A stretch of 64,000 bases of DNA from a virus (Duplodnaviria; Caudoviricetes): the IMG/VR virus record IMGVR_UViG_2519899680_000008, positions 30,944 to 94,943 of that record, one strand, 5' to 3'. The notes beneath the pieces were generated by a model, which saw nothing but the letters and a program-made list of their open reading frames with translations, made no database searches and was not told where the DNA came from. The translations under genes were made by a program, and so were the position numbers. Below are positions 19,110-28,143 of the stretch, in pieces. The first letter of the stretch is position 1. Every line of letters starts with the position of its first letter.

Positions 19110-19856
19110 TTATGATTCTTTCTCTCCGCCCTCTTCCGGTCCTTCGGACGGTCCGTCCGTTTCCCCGGAGGTACAGAAACCGGAGACCTCCCCGTATCCC
19201 GGCTCCGGATGATGCCCGTGATTCTGCAAGTCATGCCCCGGCGCGTCGCCGTGTTGCGTAAACGGCGGCATGACCAGGTAGCGTTTCACCCAGTTCCTGT
19301 ACCGCCATGCGGATGACTCCCTGAACCAGACCTCGTAGTCTATCCAGTACGCCTGCAGCATATTGGTCGTCAGCGGCATGTCGAAATAGGTCAGGTTGCA
19401 CCGTTCGTTCAGCGCGGGTTCCCTTTCCTTGGCATCCTGGATTGCCATATTGAGCCGCTGGAAGACAAGGAACGCCTCGCACTCCCTGTCCTCGTCCATG
19501 TTGTTGAGCGTGTTGAGCACAAAACGTACACGCATGGTCGCACGCCCTTCACCGATACGCTGCTGCTGTACAAGGTACCTCACATTGATAAAGTGGATGA
19601 AGACAGCGGGAAAAGCCGTCTCGTATTCCGTGTTCTCGCCACGCACGATCCGGGCGAACTGCCCGTTGTCGATGGCCACCGTCTTGAAGAATGCGGGCGA
19701 CGAGGGGTCATCCGGGTTTTCCCGGACCGTGAGGATGGCCCTTTTCACCGCCATGTACATGTTCACGAACGGGTTATCAGGGACTTCTTCCGGGACATTT
19801 TCCACGGGAGAGGGCTGTACTGCGGCGGGCTGCCGGGTATGCTTATCTTTTATCAT
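19110..19856 (-). CDS. Putative head-tail/tail completion protein
   Basis: 'FPAVFIHF' motif, position in morphogenesis block. Confidence 0.5.
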   Translation of the reverse strand: MIKDKHTRQPAAVQPSPVENVPEEVPDNPFVNMYMAVKRAILTVRENPDDPSSPAFFKTVAIDNGQFARIVRGENTEYETAFPAVFIHFINVRYLVQQQRIGEGRATMRVRFVLNTLNNMDEDRECEAFLVFQRLNMAIQDAKEREPALNERCNLTYFDMPLTTNMLQAYWIDYEVWFRESSAWRYRNWVKRYLVMPPFTQHGDAPGHDLQNHGHHPEPGYGEVSGFCTSGETDGPSEGPEEGGEKES

Positions 19857-20433
19857 CGTGCGGGAATCCTTTAAAAATCATATCCATAAAATGCGAGGCT
19901 ATATATTCTTCCACTCCCGGGGAAAAACCGATGAACTGCCGGTGGACGGGACGACGGGATGAATACTGGTTGACAGTGTACAGCCCGAATTTCGGGTCGG
20001 TGTTGTGGACGGCTGCATAGTGCCCGTACCGTTCGCGGCTCTTGCCCCGCTTTCCTTTGGCCGGAACGCTTTTCTCCGTTGTCCAGATGGTGTAATAGGC
20101 CCCCTTGCGGAAAATGCGCGTGCGGTTGGTACGGCGTCCCTCGATATCCACCCGTGAAGCTTTCCCCTCTATGCTCCTGGCCAGCGTCCCGGTATCGTTC
20201 ATCATCGGATGGGTGAACCTCTTTCCCCACCTGGATGTCCGGGGAGCCCATTTGCTTTCCCCGCAGAAGCCCCCGGAGGAGAACGAGGACTGGAACCGCC
20301 CCTTCGTGTATTCCCCCGCGGCGGTGACGAAATCGAATACATTGTGTTCCAGCCGGCTTGCCATCACCCGGGTCCATTTCCCCTGTACCCAATGGGAGCA
20401 GAATTCATCAAGCGTTATCTTGGGCATAGGCAA
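19843..20433 (-). CDS. Virion morphogenesis protein (Mu gpG/P2 gpS-like)
   Basis: 'DTGTLARSI', 'YAAVHN', 'RQFIG' motifs. Confidence 0.7.
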   Translation of the reverse strand: MPMPKITLDEFCSHWVQGKWTRVMASRLEHNVFDFVTAAGEYTKGRFQSSFSSGGFCGESKWAPRTSRWGKRFTHPMMNDTGTLARSIEGKASRVDIEGRRTNRTRIFRKGAYYTIWTTEKSVPAKGKRGKSRERYGHYAAVHNTDPKFGLYTVNQYSSRRPVHRQFIGFSPGVEEYIASHFMDMIFKGFPHDDKR

Positions 20434-21280
20434 ACCGGGATTTCAGGCGGGCGACCGTTTCCTTGACGTGTTCCGGCAGAGGTAGGGAGAAGTACCTGTG
20501 CGCGTCGGAGAATATCCGCCCCCCAGTTGCGAGACTCTCCCTGAATACGGGGTCTGTCATCCGGCGGACGCCCCTGTTCACAGCCGAAGCATGGACGGAA
20601 GCAAAACCGTTGGAGACCAGGAAGCAGCGGCATCCCCAGTCGATAGGCGGAATCAGCTCGGGAGGGAACTCGGACTTGCGGAAAGAGACCCCCTCGAGGG
20701 AAAGGTGCAGCGCGCGGACGCGCTCGTCGCCCTGTGTCATGTACGTGATGACGGAATCACCATCCACCGTAATCCACCAGGCAGCCATCGCTGCGGCGAA
20801 AAACACCTGGCCGTTCTCCTGTTCCGCATAGGTGAGATTGTACCGCTCGCAGATATCTTCATACTCGGGCAGCCTGTCCCCGTCAGGTTCGTCCGGCAGT
20901 TCCCTGTACATGGAGTATTCTTCCGCGGCGGCAAAGTCTATCAGGTTCTCTACCGCAGCAACGAGGATCTCCCGCTGCTGCCGTTCCCGTTCTGTCATCG
21001 CCCCGTTATGGTTTCTGAGAATATCCAATGCCCGGTCGAAGTCCATCCTGAACCCGCTCAATGCCCTATCTATCAGAAAGGAGGCCCGCAGGGTGATGAT
21101 GTCCTCCAGCAAGTCCCGCCTTTCCGCACTGTCTTCCCAGTGCCGGACGAGCCTGCGGAATGCCTTGAGGATGATACGGTATTCCTTTCCGGTGTCCGTT
21201 TCGTCTTTTTCCCTGTCCTTGCCTGTTTCCGTTCGGCCTTCCGGGAGCGGAAGCCGGGCCGTTATTCCGCTCCCGTGAGA
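20408..21280 (-). CDS. Mu gpF-like minor head protein, probably made as a -1 frameshift fusion to portal
   Basis: 'YMTQGDERVRALH...PPIDWGCRC'; frame open upstream of TTG 21112 back through slippery site 21280-21286 with no ATG/GTG. Confidence 0.75.
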   Translation of the reverse strand, partial: SHGSGITARLPLPEGRTETGKDREKDETDTGKEYRIILKAFRRLVRHWEDSAERRDLLEDIITLRASFLIDRALSGFRMDFDRALDILRNHNGAMTERERQQREILVAAVENLIDFAAAEEYSMYRELPDEPDGDRLPEYEDICERYNLTYAEQENGQVFFAAAMAAWWITVDGDSVITYMTQGDERVRALHLSLEGVSFRKSEFPPELIPPIDWGCRCFLVSNGFASVHASAVNRGVRRMTDPVFRESLATGGRIFSDAHRYFSLPLPEHVKETVARLKSRFAYAQDNA

Positions 21281-22575
21281 AAATTTAGCACCCTGGTGCC
21301 GCGTGAACGCCCGTACCTGCGGAAATACTCCTCGTCCGACATGATATGCCTGTCACCGGAACTTCCGCCATGGGAAGCGCCACCATACCCTCCGGGAAGC
21401 ACGTTCAGCTGTTTTCCCACGTTGATGCCGAATTCCTTTTCAATCTCGTCCGCCGCAACCTCGTACTTGTCCGTGATAAGCGAATAGAGCTTGATACGGT
21501 CCTCGTTGCACATCTCGATGCGGTTGGAGTATTTGAATTCCAGCCCGTCCTCGATATACCCCATGGCCACCAGCCGGGGAACCACCTTCTCGTTCATCAC
21601 GTTCTCGATATAGCGCCTGTACACCTCTATGCGGTCCCGGAAAATATCCTGGTGCGCCTTGGTGGAGCCCACGTACGACTGCATGCCGCCCGCCATGGAT
21701 TCCGAGCCGAGAACCAGGTTTGACACCTCCTTGTTGACGAAGTCTATCAGGCCCGTGTAGATCTTTTCCGAATTGGACATCGTGAAAGTCTTGATATCCA
21801 CTTCATCCTCGATACCCGTCACCACAACCTTGTTCTGCGCGGCATTGGCTATCTCGTTGGCCAGGCGCTTGCGGTCCGCGTTGCTCTCGCTGACCGTCTT
21901 CCCGTGGATGACAGGTTGCCCGTACGTGTGTGAAAAATTCACATAGTTGGCCACCGTGAACTTCTTGGCGAGGATAAGCGGTGTCGTCGCGGAAAAAAGC
22001 CCAAGGTCACCGGAATCGACCAGCACATAGTTCCTCCGGTAGGACGGGTTGCGCAAATCCCAGTGCGGCATCCACATGCCCTGACGTTTCAGCACGACGA
22101 GCTGGTCGGGCAGCACGTTGCGCCGCTCTATGGTGTTCACTTCGGCCAGTTTTCCGGTTTTGGGGTCTGTCGCGGGCATGATTTCCAGCAGCGTGTACCC
22201 GTACAGCTTGGACTCCACGATGCCCTTGATGATTTTGTCGAACTGAGACCCCTGTATTTTCTGGGTCTGGCGGATATCCTTGACATATTTCCCCTTCTCG
22301 TTGACGCGGGCCAGCATGTAGCGGTCCCCGAGTATCTGGCTTTCCAGCGTCTCGATGACCGACCGTATGTGCGCGTCCTGCTGAAGACAGGCTTCATACA
22401 GGTCTATCAGCCTCGACCGGTCATCGAGTATGCAGCCGGCCTCCACATCGCTGCGGCAGGAACGGTAACGGTTGTTCCGCTCGATTTCACGGACGTACTC
22501 CTGGATGGTTTTCTTGGAAGTCCTGAAGATACTTTCCAGCAGTTCCCCGTTGAATGAATGATCCGATGTCGCCAT
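21262..22575 (-). CDS. Portal protein (DUF935/Mu gp29-like)
   Basis: 437 aa; 'LYGYTLLEI', 'YGQPVIHGK', 'VNKEVSNLVLG'; first gene of head block. Confidence 0.8.
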   Translation of the reverse strand: MATSDHSFNGELLESIFRTSKKTIQEYVREIERNNRYRSCRSDVEAGCILDDRSRLIDLYEACLQQDAHIRSVIETLESQILGDRYMLARVNEKGKYVKDIRQTQKIQGSQFDKIIKGIVESKLYGYTLLEIMPATDPKTGKLAEVNTIERRNVLPDQLVVLKRQGMWMPHWDLRNPSYRRNYVLVDSGDLGLFSATTPLILAKKFTVANYVNFSHTYGQPVIHGKTVSESNADRKRLANEIANAAQNKVVVTGIEDEVDIKTFTMSNSEKIYTGLIDFVNKEVSNLVLGSESMAGGMQSYVGSTKAHQDIFRDRIEVYRRYIENVMNEKVVPRLVAMGYIEDGLEFKYSNRIEMCNEDRIKLYSLITDKYEVAADEIEKEFGINVGKQLNVLPGGYGGASHGGSSGDRHIMSDEEYFRRYGRSRGTRVLNFLTGAE

Positions 22576-22594
22576 TGCCTCCGATATTTTTTAT

Positions 22595-22626
22595 AAAGAG
22601 TAGCCGTCCTACCGGAACATGGTTTA
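22595..22626 (-). promoter_or_regulatory. Phage late-promoter-like motif copy E (TAAAC-N18-CTACTCTTT)
   Basis: Upstream of portal ATG. Confidence 0.6.
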
Positions 22627-22811
22627 TACCCCGGCAAAGTATATGAAAAGAGGAATCCTCCGAGCTTATAAATCAAATCGTAATATCTTACTTTAATATA
22701 CAGTTATTACTGTTTGAAAAACGATATAAATACCTTATTATCAATATAAAAACACGATAATAAAATCGTAAAAAGTATGTTTTTAGTTATTATAATTACG
22801 GTAAAATCATA

Positions 22812-22819
22812 TATCTTTG
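22812..22819 (+). promoter_or_regulatory. Bacteroidetes -7 element TATCTTTG
   Basis: In AT-rich divergent intergenic region, upstream of plus-strand operon. Confidence 0.55.
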
Positions 22820-22860
22820 CGCGGCAAATTCTCCATATACAAAATTATAATTATGACAAA

Positions 22861-23304
22861 GTGAAAACGAAGACTCAAACATTCCCTTGCCGGGATATCC
22901 GGTACAGGGAGTTCCCCGACCTGTTGTTCGGGTCTCTGGCGGAAGAAGGACCGTTCTATTTCGACGCCACGCGTTTCATCATTTCGCGGGGAGATGCCCG
23001 CAGGCACAGCGTGGACGGGTTCCGTGCCGCTTTCCGGCACTGGATTACGGTGCTGTGCGAAACCTACGGGACAGATGCGGGGGAACTTTTTATCCGGGAC
23101 GGGACATCGGGGCACATGCTGGTTGACGAATGCCTGGCGCTGCTGTTTGTCGTCTATGTCGAACCTGCATTCGGGGCGTACCTTTTGGAACGCATGGAAG
23201 AAATGATGTCCAGCGGCTTTACAGTTTCAGACACTTGGCTGGCAACGGTCTCCAGCCGTAGATTTACCAAAGAGGAATTAACGCAATTTTTTAGAGAATC
23301 ATGA
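22861..23304 (+). CDS. Hypothetical, KilA-N-like DNA-binding protein
   Basis: 'FYFDATRF' and 'FGAYLLERMEEM'; GTG start chosen downstream of promoter. Confidence 0.5.
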   Translation: MKTKTQTFPCRDIRYREFPDLLFGSLAEEGPFYFDATRFIISRGDARRHSVDGFRAAFRHWITVLCETYGTDAGELFIRDGTSGHMLVDECLALLFVVYVEPAFGAYLLERMEEMMSSGFTVSDTWLATVSSRRFTKEELTQFFRES

Positions 23305-23663
23305 GACGAAGTTCATTTAAACGACCAAAGATGGTGCTCATATTCAACGGGGCACAAGTTCTTGTTGCCGTTACACGTTCGCTTCATAGTGCGGCGGAAC
23401 TGACCAAAGGCAACCTGCAAGCAATCTCTTTTTGCTGTACAGGCAAGTATGTCTGCAGCGGCGGGCTGTATTTCCGGCATCTTCATCCCGACGTGGAGAT
23501 AGAGATGCCGGACCTTGGCACGCTTCAGCTGAAAGATTACGATGCCTTGTGCGGTGAAAGGCGTACCTACTATCCGGTCAAGAAGATGGCACGCAAGCGT
23601 GCGCTGATTGAAAATAGAAGGAAATCAAAAGAACAGGGAGGGGACGGCCATGAGGGAGAATAG
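23301..23663 (+). CDS. NUMOD1-like HTH DNA-binding protein
   Basis: 'RSLHSAAELTKGNLQAISFCCTGKYVCSGGLYFR' resembles NUMOD1 motif. Confidence 0.55.
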   Translation: MRRSSFKRPKMVLIFNGAQVLVAVTRSLHSAAELTKGNLQAISFCCTGKYVCSGGLYFRHLHPDVEIEMPDLGTLQLKDYDALCGERRTYYPVKKMARKRALIENRRKSKEQGGDGHEGE

Positions 23664-24777
23664 GAACATTCCGTTCAGGAACTGGAACATCCGTGTGTCC
23701 AAGGACCACAACGGGCAGGTAAATATATGTGCGGCCGACATCTGCCAGATACTCAAACGCGGGGAGCTGCTGGAAGACGGCTCCATCGCCGACATCTGCC
23801 CCTCGTCCCTGCGCGTCCGGTTCCGCAGGAACGGGCACGAGCAGTGGAGCTTCCGCCCGGCGGACATGAGACGGCTTCTGCAGCATGTCCGCAAGGCGAC
23901 TACTTTACCCCGTGACCTGCTCGATGATCTGGAAGCATGGGGAAACAAGCTCCTGGAACTGGAGGCGGGCGAGATGCATTCCGTTCCGCAGAACGATACC
24001 GTCCTTTTCTTCACGGAGGACTTCCCGGTCACGTTCCGCAGGACAGGGGGCAGGCTGATGGTCAACGCCACGCAGATTACCATGCGTTACGGCAAGATCC
24101 CGTCCGAATGGCTGCGCACCGCGTCAACGGACCGGCTGCGTCGGGAGATGGCCAGCAGCGGGCGTACCGGCAGGTATGAATCCCAGATTTTCACCACGAG
24201 GGGAAGAGGGCATGGAGCCACGTGGGTGGAGTCCCCGCTGGTTGTCCCGCTCGCGTGCTGGCTGACCCAGGACCGCAGCCTGGCGGAATGGTGCGAGCAC
24301 GCCATCGTGGGACTCACGGAAAGGCCGGCGGCAAGACCCCGTAAAACCATCCGGAAAGCCGTTACCGGCATCCATTGCCTGGAATGTCCCATTCCGGAGG
24401 ACATGCCCGGGGCCGTGAGGCTGATCCATGAGCTCAGGAGGGTGATAGAGGACTCCATGCCCAAGATTGTCTTCTACGAGGAGTTCATCGAGAACAGGGA
24501 CTGGTTCAAGAGCACACGCATCGCCGACGAGCTCGGAATCACGCCGTACCAGCTCCACCGGTTCCTGAGCGAGGAAGGCATCTGCAAGTACGAGAAGAGG
24601 CAGTGGGTCGTGTTCCCCTCGTACAGGGCGTGGCAGTGCGATGTCCCGTACCTGTGGGAAAACTCCCGCGGCAAGGTCTACACGTTCGGCTCCACCAAGC
24701 GCTGGACACAGGCGGGAAGGGAGTGCATCATCGAGCTGTGGCAGAGGAAGAACCCGGAACTGCAGAAAGGGAGGTGA
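23650..24777 (+). CDS. Phage antirepressor-like protein (BRO-like + KilA-N + ANT/KilAC)
   Basis: 'LMVNATQI...KIPSEWLR' KilA-N; 'PKIVFYEEFI...IADELGITPYQLHRFL' ANT. Confidence 0.8.
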   Translation: MRENRNIPFRNWNIRVSKDHNGQVNICAADICQILKRGELLEDGSIADICPSSLRVRFRRNGHEQWSFRPADMRRLLQHVRKATTLPRDLLDDLEAWGNKLLELEAGEMHSVPQNDTVLFFTEDFPVTFRRTGGRLMVNATQITMRYGKIPSEWLRTASTDRLRREMASSGRTGRYESQIFTTRGRGHGATWVESPLVVPLACWLTQDRSLAEWCEHAIVGLTERPAARPRKTIRKAVTGIHCLECPIPEDMPGAVRLIHELRRVIEDSMPKIVFYEEFIENRDWFKSTRIADELGITPYQLHRFLSEEGICKYEKRQWVVFPSYRAWQCDVPYLWENSRGKVYTFGSTKRWTQAGRECIIELWQRKNPELQKGR

Positions 24778-24779
24778 AC

Positions 24780-25217
24780 ATGGAGACGGCGTTACAGAGA
24801 ATCATACGTCAGACAGGGCGTGAGCCCGTGGAATGCGGGTGCGCCTTGTGCCGGCAGCAGTGCCGCACGCCGTGTCTCGGCACACCGGAGAATATCCTCC
24901 GGCTCATACATGCCGGGTATAAAGAGCGGCTGGCGCCCACCTTGTGGTGCGTCGGCATGATACTCGGACGTATCGCCTATCCCGTATACATGGTCCAGGC
25001 CAGAGGGGAGAAGGACGGGTGTGTGTTTTTTCACGATGGCCTCTGCGAACTGCACGGGACCGGCATGAAACCCACAGAGGGGCGGCTGTCCTACCACACC
25101 ATTACCGGGGAGAACCTGGAATTCGGGCGGTCACTTTCCTGGAACGTGGCCAGAGAATGGCTGGATGAAAGGAACCGGCCGGTCATACGGGAGATAGTCA
25201 GGCTGATGACGGGGTGA
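24780..25217 (+). CDS. Cys-rich (YkgJ-like Zn/Fe-S) protein
   Basis: CxCxxC...C and 'GCVFFHDGLCELH...KP'. Confidence 0.6.
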   Translation: METALQRIIRQTGREPVECGCALCRQQCRTPCLGTPENILRLIHAGYKERLAPTLWCVGMILGRIAYPVYMVQARGEKDGCVFFHDGLCELHGTGMKPTEGRLSYHTITGENLEFGRSLSWNVAREWLDERNRPVIREIVRLMTG

Positions 25218-25389
25218 TGGAGAGCGCGACCCGGTGAAACCGGAACACCGTTATAGCGTAATATTAACTGTTAATTCCTCTTCGGTACGGTTTCACGGGT
25301 CTGCCTCCATTAATTCATACCATTTCCAACCTGTTCATATCAATCGGCACTATACTTCAAGTGTATTGTTTAATTTAAAATGCCGATTT

Positions 25390-25623
25390 ATGGAACTTAA
25401 GAACAGAATGACCGTGGAGGAAATGTCGGAGCACCTGGTGGAGCATACCGGCAAGATCGCCAACCGTGTAACCGTGGGACGCTATGCCCGGAAACTGGGA
25501 TACAAGGTGTACAAACCGATGATAGAAGGCCGTATCCGGCACTTCTACCTGAAAGACCCGATGGTACCCGCCCCGGCAGGGGAAAAGGAAGGCACGGGAA
25601 ATCCTGGAAACGTGCAGTCTTAA
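25390..25623 (+). CDS. Small hypothetical DNA-binding protein
   Basis: MELKNRMTVEEM...VGRYARKLGY. Confidence 0.6.
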   Translation: MELKNRMTVEEMSEHLVEHTGKIANRVTVGRYARKLGYKVYKPMIEGRIRHFYLKDPMVPAPAGEKEGTGNPGNVQS

Positions 25624-25635
25624 ATCCCGCGGGAC

Positions 25636-26076
25636 ATGACAGCGGGAAAAGGAAACACCGGTTATGCCAAATGCTACCGGGGGCTGTACCGTGCCTTCGA
25701 GCCGCACGAGGTCATCTTCATGCTCTACATGAACGACCTGGCCTACCTGCGCCAGCAGGGATACGACACCCTCCGGAGCAAAAGGCTCCACCGGCTTCAC
25801 ACGAACATCGGTCCGCGGGCGTTCGACCATTGCGTGGAAAAGACGACCGCGATGGGACTGCTCGTCCGGGTACCGGCAAACGGCATGTTCGACTATCTCT
25901 GGGACAGGAGGCAGTACGAACGCCTGGTGGAAATCGTCACATCGACAGCGAGCATCGTTGCCCTGCAGGAATTCTGCAACAGGGTATTCTCGGTGGAACG
26001 GCGTACCGTATCCTCCGTAACGGACAGGGAGATACAGCTCCTTGCCGGGAACCGTAACGGCCGTGCTGAAAAGTGA
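25636..26076 (+). CDS. Hypothetical protein (possible winged HTH)
   Basis: 146-aa ORF ending the operon. Confidence 0.55.
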   Translation: MTAGKGNTGYAKCYRGLYRAFEPHEVIFMLYMNDLAYLRQQGYDTLRSKRLHRLHTNIGPRAFDHCVEKTTAMGLLVRVPANGMFDYLWDRRQYERLVEIVTSTASIVALQEFCNRVFSVERRTVSSVTDREIQLLAGNRNGRAEK

Positions 26077-26230
26077 CGGATGCTGTAACATTTGCGGCAG
26101 CTCCTGTGACAGGGGTTGTCGCAAATGTATCAACAGTATAAGATATAGGGAATAAGAATAAAGAATAAAAAGACATGTACTTTTTTCTTTGAAGCAAAGA
26201 AAAAAGATACCAAAAAAGAAACAAGGTTAG

Positions 26231-26258
26231 GCAGACGGCATCCGCCGTCTGTTTTTTT
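26231..26258 (+). terminator. Intrinsic terminator
   Basis: GCAGACGGC-ATCC-GCCGTCTGT followed by T run. Confidence 0.8.
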
Positions 26259-26481
26259 ATTGGGGGAATCGTTCTGTATTTCAAGAAAATGGAAAAAACA
26301 TCCATTTCCTCTTTCCCTTCCAGCTTTCAATTTTACAAAAACATAAAAACAATATAAAGCAGCGATTACTCATGTGCGCACTCTCTTTCGGGGGAGTGTT
26401 TCATGTCCGGATGGGATATTATAACAACCGTCCTGTCCCAGATGAGAGCAAGGCGGTTGCTAATCTGTAATTATCGGTCAT

Positions 26482-27276
26482 TTATTTCAGCAATTTGTCA
26501 ATCAGCTTTTCCCTTACTACCCCGTAAGCCTCATGCGGGTCAAACGTGATATCCGGACGCAGGAGCAGCTGGGAATCCGAAAGGAAATCCGGGTCCTGCA
26601 TCTTTTCCTCCATGTTGAGGATGAACTGCTTATGGGTAGGAGGTTGCTGCACCACGAACCCGATGTAACGTTTGTAGCAACGAATGACATCATCCGTATT
26701 CACCCCCGTTTTTGTCAGAGCCAGGTACAGGTCGAGAAGGTCACGACCTTTCTTTCGCTGGTACAATGCCCGCAGTTTCGTACCGAGCAGTTCGGCAAGA
26801 TTGTAGGTGGTGATTTCACACGAGCCGGAAAACCACTGGTTTTCCAACGAAAACGGCATTTTGACAAATCCCATCTCGGTAAAGTGTTCAAAACAGTTGA
26901 TTTCAATCTTCAAACGCAGTTGTATCGGAGGAGTTCCTTCAGATTGGATACGGCAAAGCATCGTGTTGTTGTAACGTTTCTGTTTCGTCACCCTGTCCGG
27001 AATGAAATCCAGTACTTTACCAAGACGGAACATGATAGGCTTGATGGGACCTGCCGTAATCTGCACGAGGTCAATGTCCTCGCTGTATCTGACCTGCGGA
27101 AGCATGTGTAGCTTATGAAGGGCTGTTCCTCCCCGGAAAGCCAGTTGGGATGCAAGAAAATCGTCTCCGAAAATGGAGACCAGGGCACGGGATATTATCA
27201 GGTCCTGCTCAATGTATGACACATCAGTCCATGGGGCGTGTTCACGCCATTGTTGTATTGCGGATTTTACTACCAT
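26482..27276 (-). CDS. abiEii: AbiEii-family nucleotidyltransferase toxin (type IV TA)
   Basis: 'IEQDLII', 'AFRGGTALHK', 'RYSEDIDL', 'KLRALYQRKKGRDLLDL'. Confidence 0.92.
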   Translation of the reverse strand: MVVKSAIQQWREHAPWTDVSYIEQDLIISRALVSIFGDDFLASQLAFRGGTALHKLHMLPQVRYSEDIDLVQITAGPIKPIMFRLGKVLDFIPDRVTKQKRYNNTMLCRIQSEGTPPIQLRLKIEINCFEHFTEMGFVKMPFSLENQWFSGSCEITTYNLAELLGTKLRALYQRKKGRDLLDLYLALTKTGVNTDDVIRCYKRYIGFVVQQPPTHKQFILNMEEKMQDPDFLSDSQLLLRPDITFDPHEAYGVVREKLIDKLLK

Positions 27277-28076
27277 AATTCGTCCGGTTCAATGTCTTGG
27301 TTTATTATAAGTTTCCATTTTGAATTCTTCCTTGCCCCGTCTTGAGGGCGGTCTGTTGACAAGGGGCGGTATTTCAGGTTTTTGTAATATGGTTCCAGCA
27401 TCATGCTGATTTCATCGGCGGCAGACTGTTCTCCCAGTACGTTTTCCAATATGTAACCCAACCGTTGAAGTGTGGAAAAGGTGGTAATATCTGTAAGTTC
27501 TTTCCCGGATTTCATAAAATCAGTGTTCTCAACCAGTTCGGCGATTACAGTCGCCGCGGCGGAAAGACCTCCGACCTGTTGGCTGTATTGCACAAGATCA
27601 ACGGCAGTAAGTTCCGGACAAGAATACAGAAGCGTACCCGTATCAGTGTGGGTCTGGAGCAATAGGTTTTGAGGGATTTCTTTCCGGTAGCTCCAGAACA
27701 GATGCCTGTTGCTGTTTTTTGAAACAGGAATTCTTGGCAGAACTGTGGTGACTGAAAGCCTTTGCGGGCGCTGGTGCGCCGCTCCGTTGAGTACGCCGGC
27801 ACTCAGAAGGCTGATGTAATAGGGTCTGCCCAAATGTGTCATCAGCTGGTCTACATAATTATACGGAGGGACGATACCCCTGTCCCTGAACTGAATGGAT
27901 ACCGTTGTATAAAATCCCTTGTGTACAGCCTGGATACGCTTCTGCTTGCCTAACCGGTACAGTTCATTAGACACTACCTGTGCGGATAGTGCAGGCAGGG
28001 CTTTCCTGATATCATTGTATGAGAATGTCGGAAAACCTGTCATCTCTCGTTTGTCAATCCAATCTGATATGGTCAT
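27270..28076 (-). CDS. abiEi: AbiEi-family antitoxin (type IV TA)
   Basis: 'YYISLLSAGVLNGAAHQRPQ', 'PELTAVDL', 'LQRLGYILE'; overlaps toxin; TATATTTG -7 box at 28095-28102 places start at 28076. Confidence 0.9.
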   Translation of the reverse strand: MTISDWIDKREMTGFPTFSYNDIRKALPALSAQVVSNELYRLGKQKRIQAVHKGFYTTVSIQFRDRGIVPPYNYVDQLMTHLGRPYYISLLSAGVLNGAAHQRPQRLSVTTVLPRIPVSKNSNRHLFWSYRKEIPQNLLLQTHTDTGTLLYSCPELTAVDLVQYSQQVGGLSAAATVIAELVENTDFMKSGKELTDITTFSTLQRLGYILENVLGEQSAADEISMMLEPYYKNLKYRPLSTDRPQDGARKNSKWKLIINQDIEPDELW

Positions 28077-28143
28077 TTCTCGGATATTTTGTTGCAAATA
28101 TAATCTTTTTTTTATTATGTCGATTATATTTTGTCCGAGGATA

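Noticed and set aside
44-22557. Numerous long plus-strand ORFs antisense to structural genes
   Set aside because: Shadow frames of GC-rich coding sequence with no motifs
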